A stretch of 64,000 nucleotides of DNA from the human T2T-CHM13v2.0 reference genome, Homo sapiens. How positions within the stretch are numbered: position 1 is the stretch's first letter; each line of letters begins with the position of its first letter. Shown piece by piece: positions 61,956-64,000 of this stretch. The notes below the pieces were generated by a model. It had not been told where the DNA came from, did not search any database, and worked only from the letters and a program-made list of their open reading frames with translations. The translations under genes were made by a program, and so were the position numbers. The stretch lies in assembly GCF_009914755.1 (NCBI RefSeq), contig NC_060927.1; one strand, written 5' to 3'.

Positions 61956-62421
61956 TATCACGGACTATGTAGAATCTAAGATTTTACCCTTTTGGCAAGC
62001 TAACAAGTTATTCTGCCACAGTCACATGGATGATGGTAGAAAATACAAGATTCCTGGATCAGAGACAAATTATACCTTATTACTCACAGTGATAGAAGTA
62101 ACCAGCATATCAGTATATTTTTTGCCAAGGTTCCCTGAGCCTCAGTTCCCACAGGAAGACAAGAAGAGGGTGAGATGACTCTTGAACACACAGTAGGTTG
62201 TGTCACAGGAGAGAGATCCTGAGCTTAGGAAACTCAAGTCTATTTTATAATGAGCAGTAAGAAAACCTCTTCTTTGCTCCAAAGGGAGACACTGTCTCTA
62301 TCTTCCAAGGCTATTCTCTGTATAAGTACCCTGAAGGGATAGCCCAGAACAAAGGCAGACAGTATCTCACTTTTAAGACATGCAGAAATGAAAGAGATCC
62401 ATAGACAATTGTCCCCAAACA
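61956..62421 (-). mobile_element. LTR40-like ERVL solo LTR
   Basis: Reverse complement begins TGTTTGGGGACAATTGTCTATGGATCTC... and contains GCCTTGGAAGATAGAGACAGTGTCTCCC. Confidence 0.8.
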
Positions 62422-63039
62422 ACCATGTGATGGTGGTCATGACAGGGGTGGAAATGAGGGGAAAAAGATGGATCATCTAGATAGGAAACAGAAGCAAGAG
62501 AAGTTTTATATTTTGAGAATTGTGAGGAGTTCCACTTAAAAAGGAGTAGAGAAGTAAATGAGGATACAAGAACCTCAAAGAACTGTCCGTAGCATGTTTA
62601 AGATTTTGAAATTCTTATGTAAGCAACACCAAACTGCTGAAAGGCTTTTATGAGGGAAAAGACATGATCACAGCTGGGGTATTGTAAGCTTACTCTAATA
62701 GGATCTGCAGAGTATTTAAATTCCTGGAGGAAGAGCACTTATTTAGAAGGAAAGTAGATGAAGAGAGCCTGAGATGAGAGTGTGGCATTCAGAGTGGAGA
62801 ATCAGTAGTACCTACATATGACAGATGTTAAAGAGATAGACTCCATAGACATAGACTGGGCCACTGCTCTCACCTCTTAACACAGTCCATTGTCATTATT
62901 TGATTATTTGTTTCTCCCATTAGACTTCCCTTTTTCGGGGGAAGAACCACATTATATTTTTCTTTATACTCTCTACATCTTTCTCAATTTTGGTTTGGTA
63001 GATTGGTTGATGTAGGATAGGGTTTAAAGTGTATCAAAA

Positions 63040-63250
63040 AATGTACAAATTAGAGGCAAATAAATGAAGTTCCTAATCCTTATGGAACTTACATCCTAGT
63101 GGAAGAGATAAGTAATAAATGAATGAACAAGTAAGCACCTATTCTTATGCCAGGTGGTGATGAATGCTACGAAGAAAAATAAAGCAGAACAGAGGATGGT
63201 GGGGGCGGGGGCAGTATTTGAGATAGGGTAATCAGGAAAAGTGTCTTGGA
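63040..63250 (-). mobile_element. L2 3' fragment
   Basis: ATGGAACTTACATCCTAGTGG...GGTGATGAATGCTACGAAGAAAAATAAAGCAG. Confidence 0.7.
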
Positions 63251-63395
63251 GAGAATACTCTCAGAACTTTTGTCACCTCTTTGCTAAAACTGTTCAGCAG
63301 GGGCACGTGGGTATTTTGGATATGCAGAATTAGTCCTGAGTCCAGGCGGTAGTGTTTACTGAGAGTTGATGAAGCTGCATAAAAATGTCCAGGAG

Positions 63396-63632
63396 TGTTT
63401 TCCTGCGGATTCACCCAGAAGCTGACTCTGAGACAAATTTAACAAATAAATAACAGTATAAATACACATGTAATGAATTAACAAATTTATTCTTGAGGTG
63501 GTCTTAAGAAACACCGGTTGGCAAAGTGAGGAAATGAGACCAGCATATGAAGGTAACCATGAGTGTGGGTAACGAGCTGAATTGCACTAGGGAATTCTGG
63601 AAACCAGTACAGAACATGCACCTCAGCAGTCT
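63396..63632 (-). mobile_element. LTR33-like ERVL LTR fragment
   Basis: CCCAGAAGCTGACTCTGAGACAA...GTGGGTAAC...CAGTACAGAACATGCACCTCAG. Confidence 0.65.
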
Positions 63633-63634
63633 CC

Positions 63635-63975
63635 GGGGGTGGACTGGTCAACATTTTACACTCTGGGGATAAAAAGAGTTCTGATTTGTAGTGTTTCCTG
63701 ATTGCTTTGGTGTAAATACTCCCACCCTGGCCTATTTTAAACTGTCTATGTGATACAACTAAACATGGAGTTTGAAAGGATGCACAGTAGCAAGCCATTA
63801 GTTACACTGTATTTCCAAATAAATGTAGTAAAATCATTAGAAGATGACGCATTTGAGTATTTAGCACCCTTGTTTTTCATATTGTTTACTTAACTGAAAT
63901 GTATACAATTAATTTTTAATTTTTAAATTTTAAATGATGACTTGCCAAATTCCTAAGTATTTATTATCAGCCCTT
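63635..63975 (-). mobile_element. MER63B/C-like hAT-Blackjack element
   Basis: CTGATTTGTAGTGTTT...GGTGTAAATACTCCCACC is reverse MER63, with the AT-rich interior of the longer subfamilies. Confidence 0.7.
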
Positions 63976-64000
63976 GGGAGCTGGTGTGTCCTGGCTGTAG

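Overview
AT-rich primate (human-like) nuclear DNA. I could not support any protein-coding gene, rRNA, tRNA, CRISPR array or CpG island, and I could not identify the locus. Much of the window is fossil transposable elements: Alu (J and S subfamilies, FLAM, truncated copies), about 20 MIRs, about 10 L2 pieces including one of about 3 kb with endonuclease remnants, only about 1 kb of L1, 13 LTRs or LTR fragments (MaLR/ERVL), hAT and Tigger DNA-transposon MITEs, and several microsatellites. Between them are kb-scale stretches with no recognisable TE that look like regulatory DNA. The supplied ORFs are almost all TE-derived or chance. 11 of 13 LTRs lie on the minus strand, which suggests an intron of a large plus-strand transcription unit. 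Several small exon candidates with good splice signals were found. I found no new multi-gene system. The most notable observations are small: a 13-nt 'micro-Alu' with a perfect 19-bp TSD (42452-42502); a 44-bp direct duplication bracketing the 5' part of an L2; a CpG-retaining pair of candidate microexons (29+34 nt); three CARE/AARE-like sites forming switchable hairpins; a tandem palindromic AP-1 duplication; and a candidate MEIS/PBX-HOX/AP-1/GATA/NF-kB enhancer next to a block bracketed by GT and CA repeats. Repeat family names come from recalled consensus sequences and need RepeatMasker/Dfam confirmation. Boundaries of old repeats are approximate.
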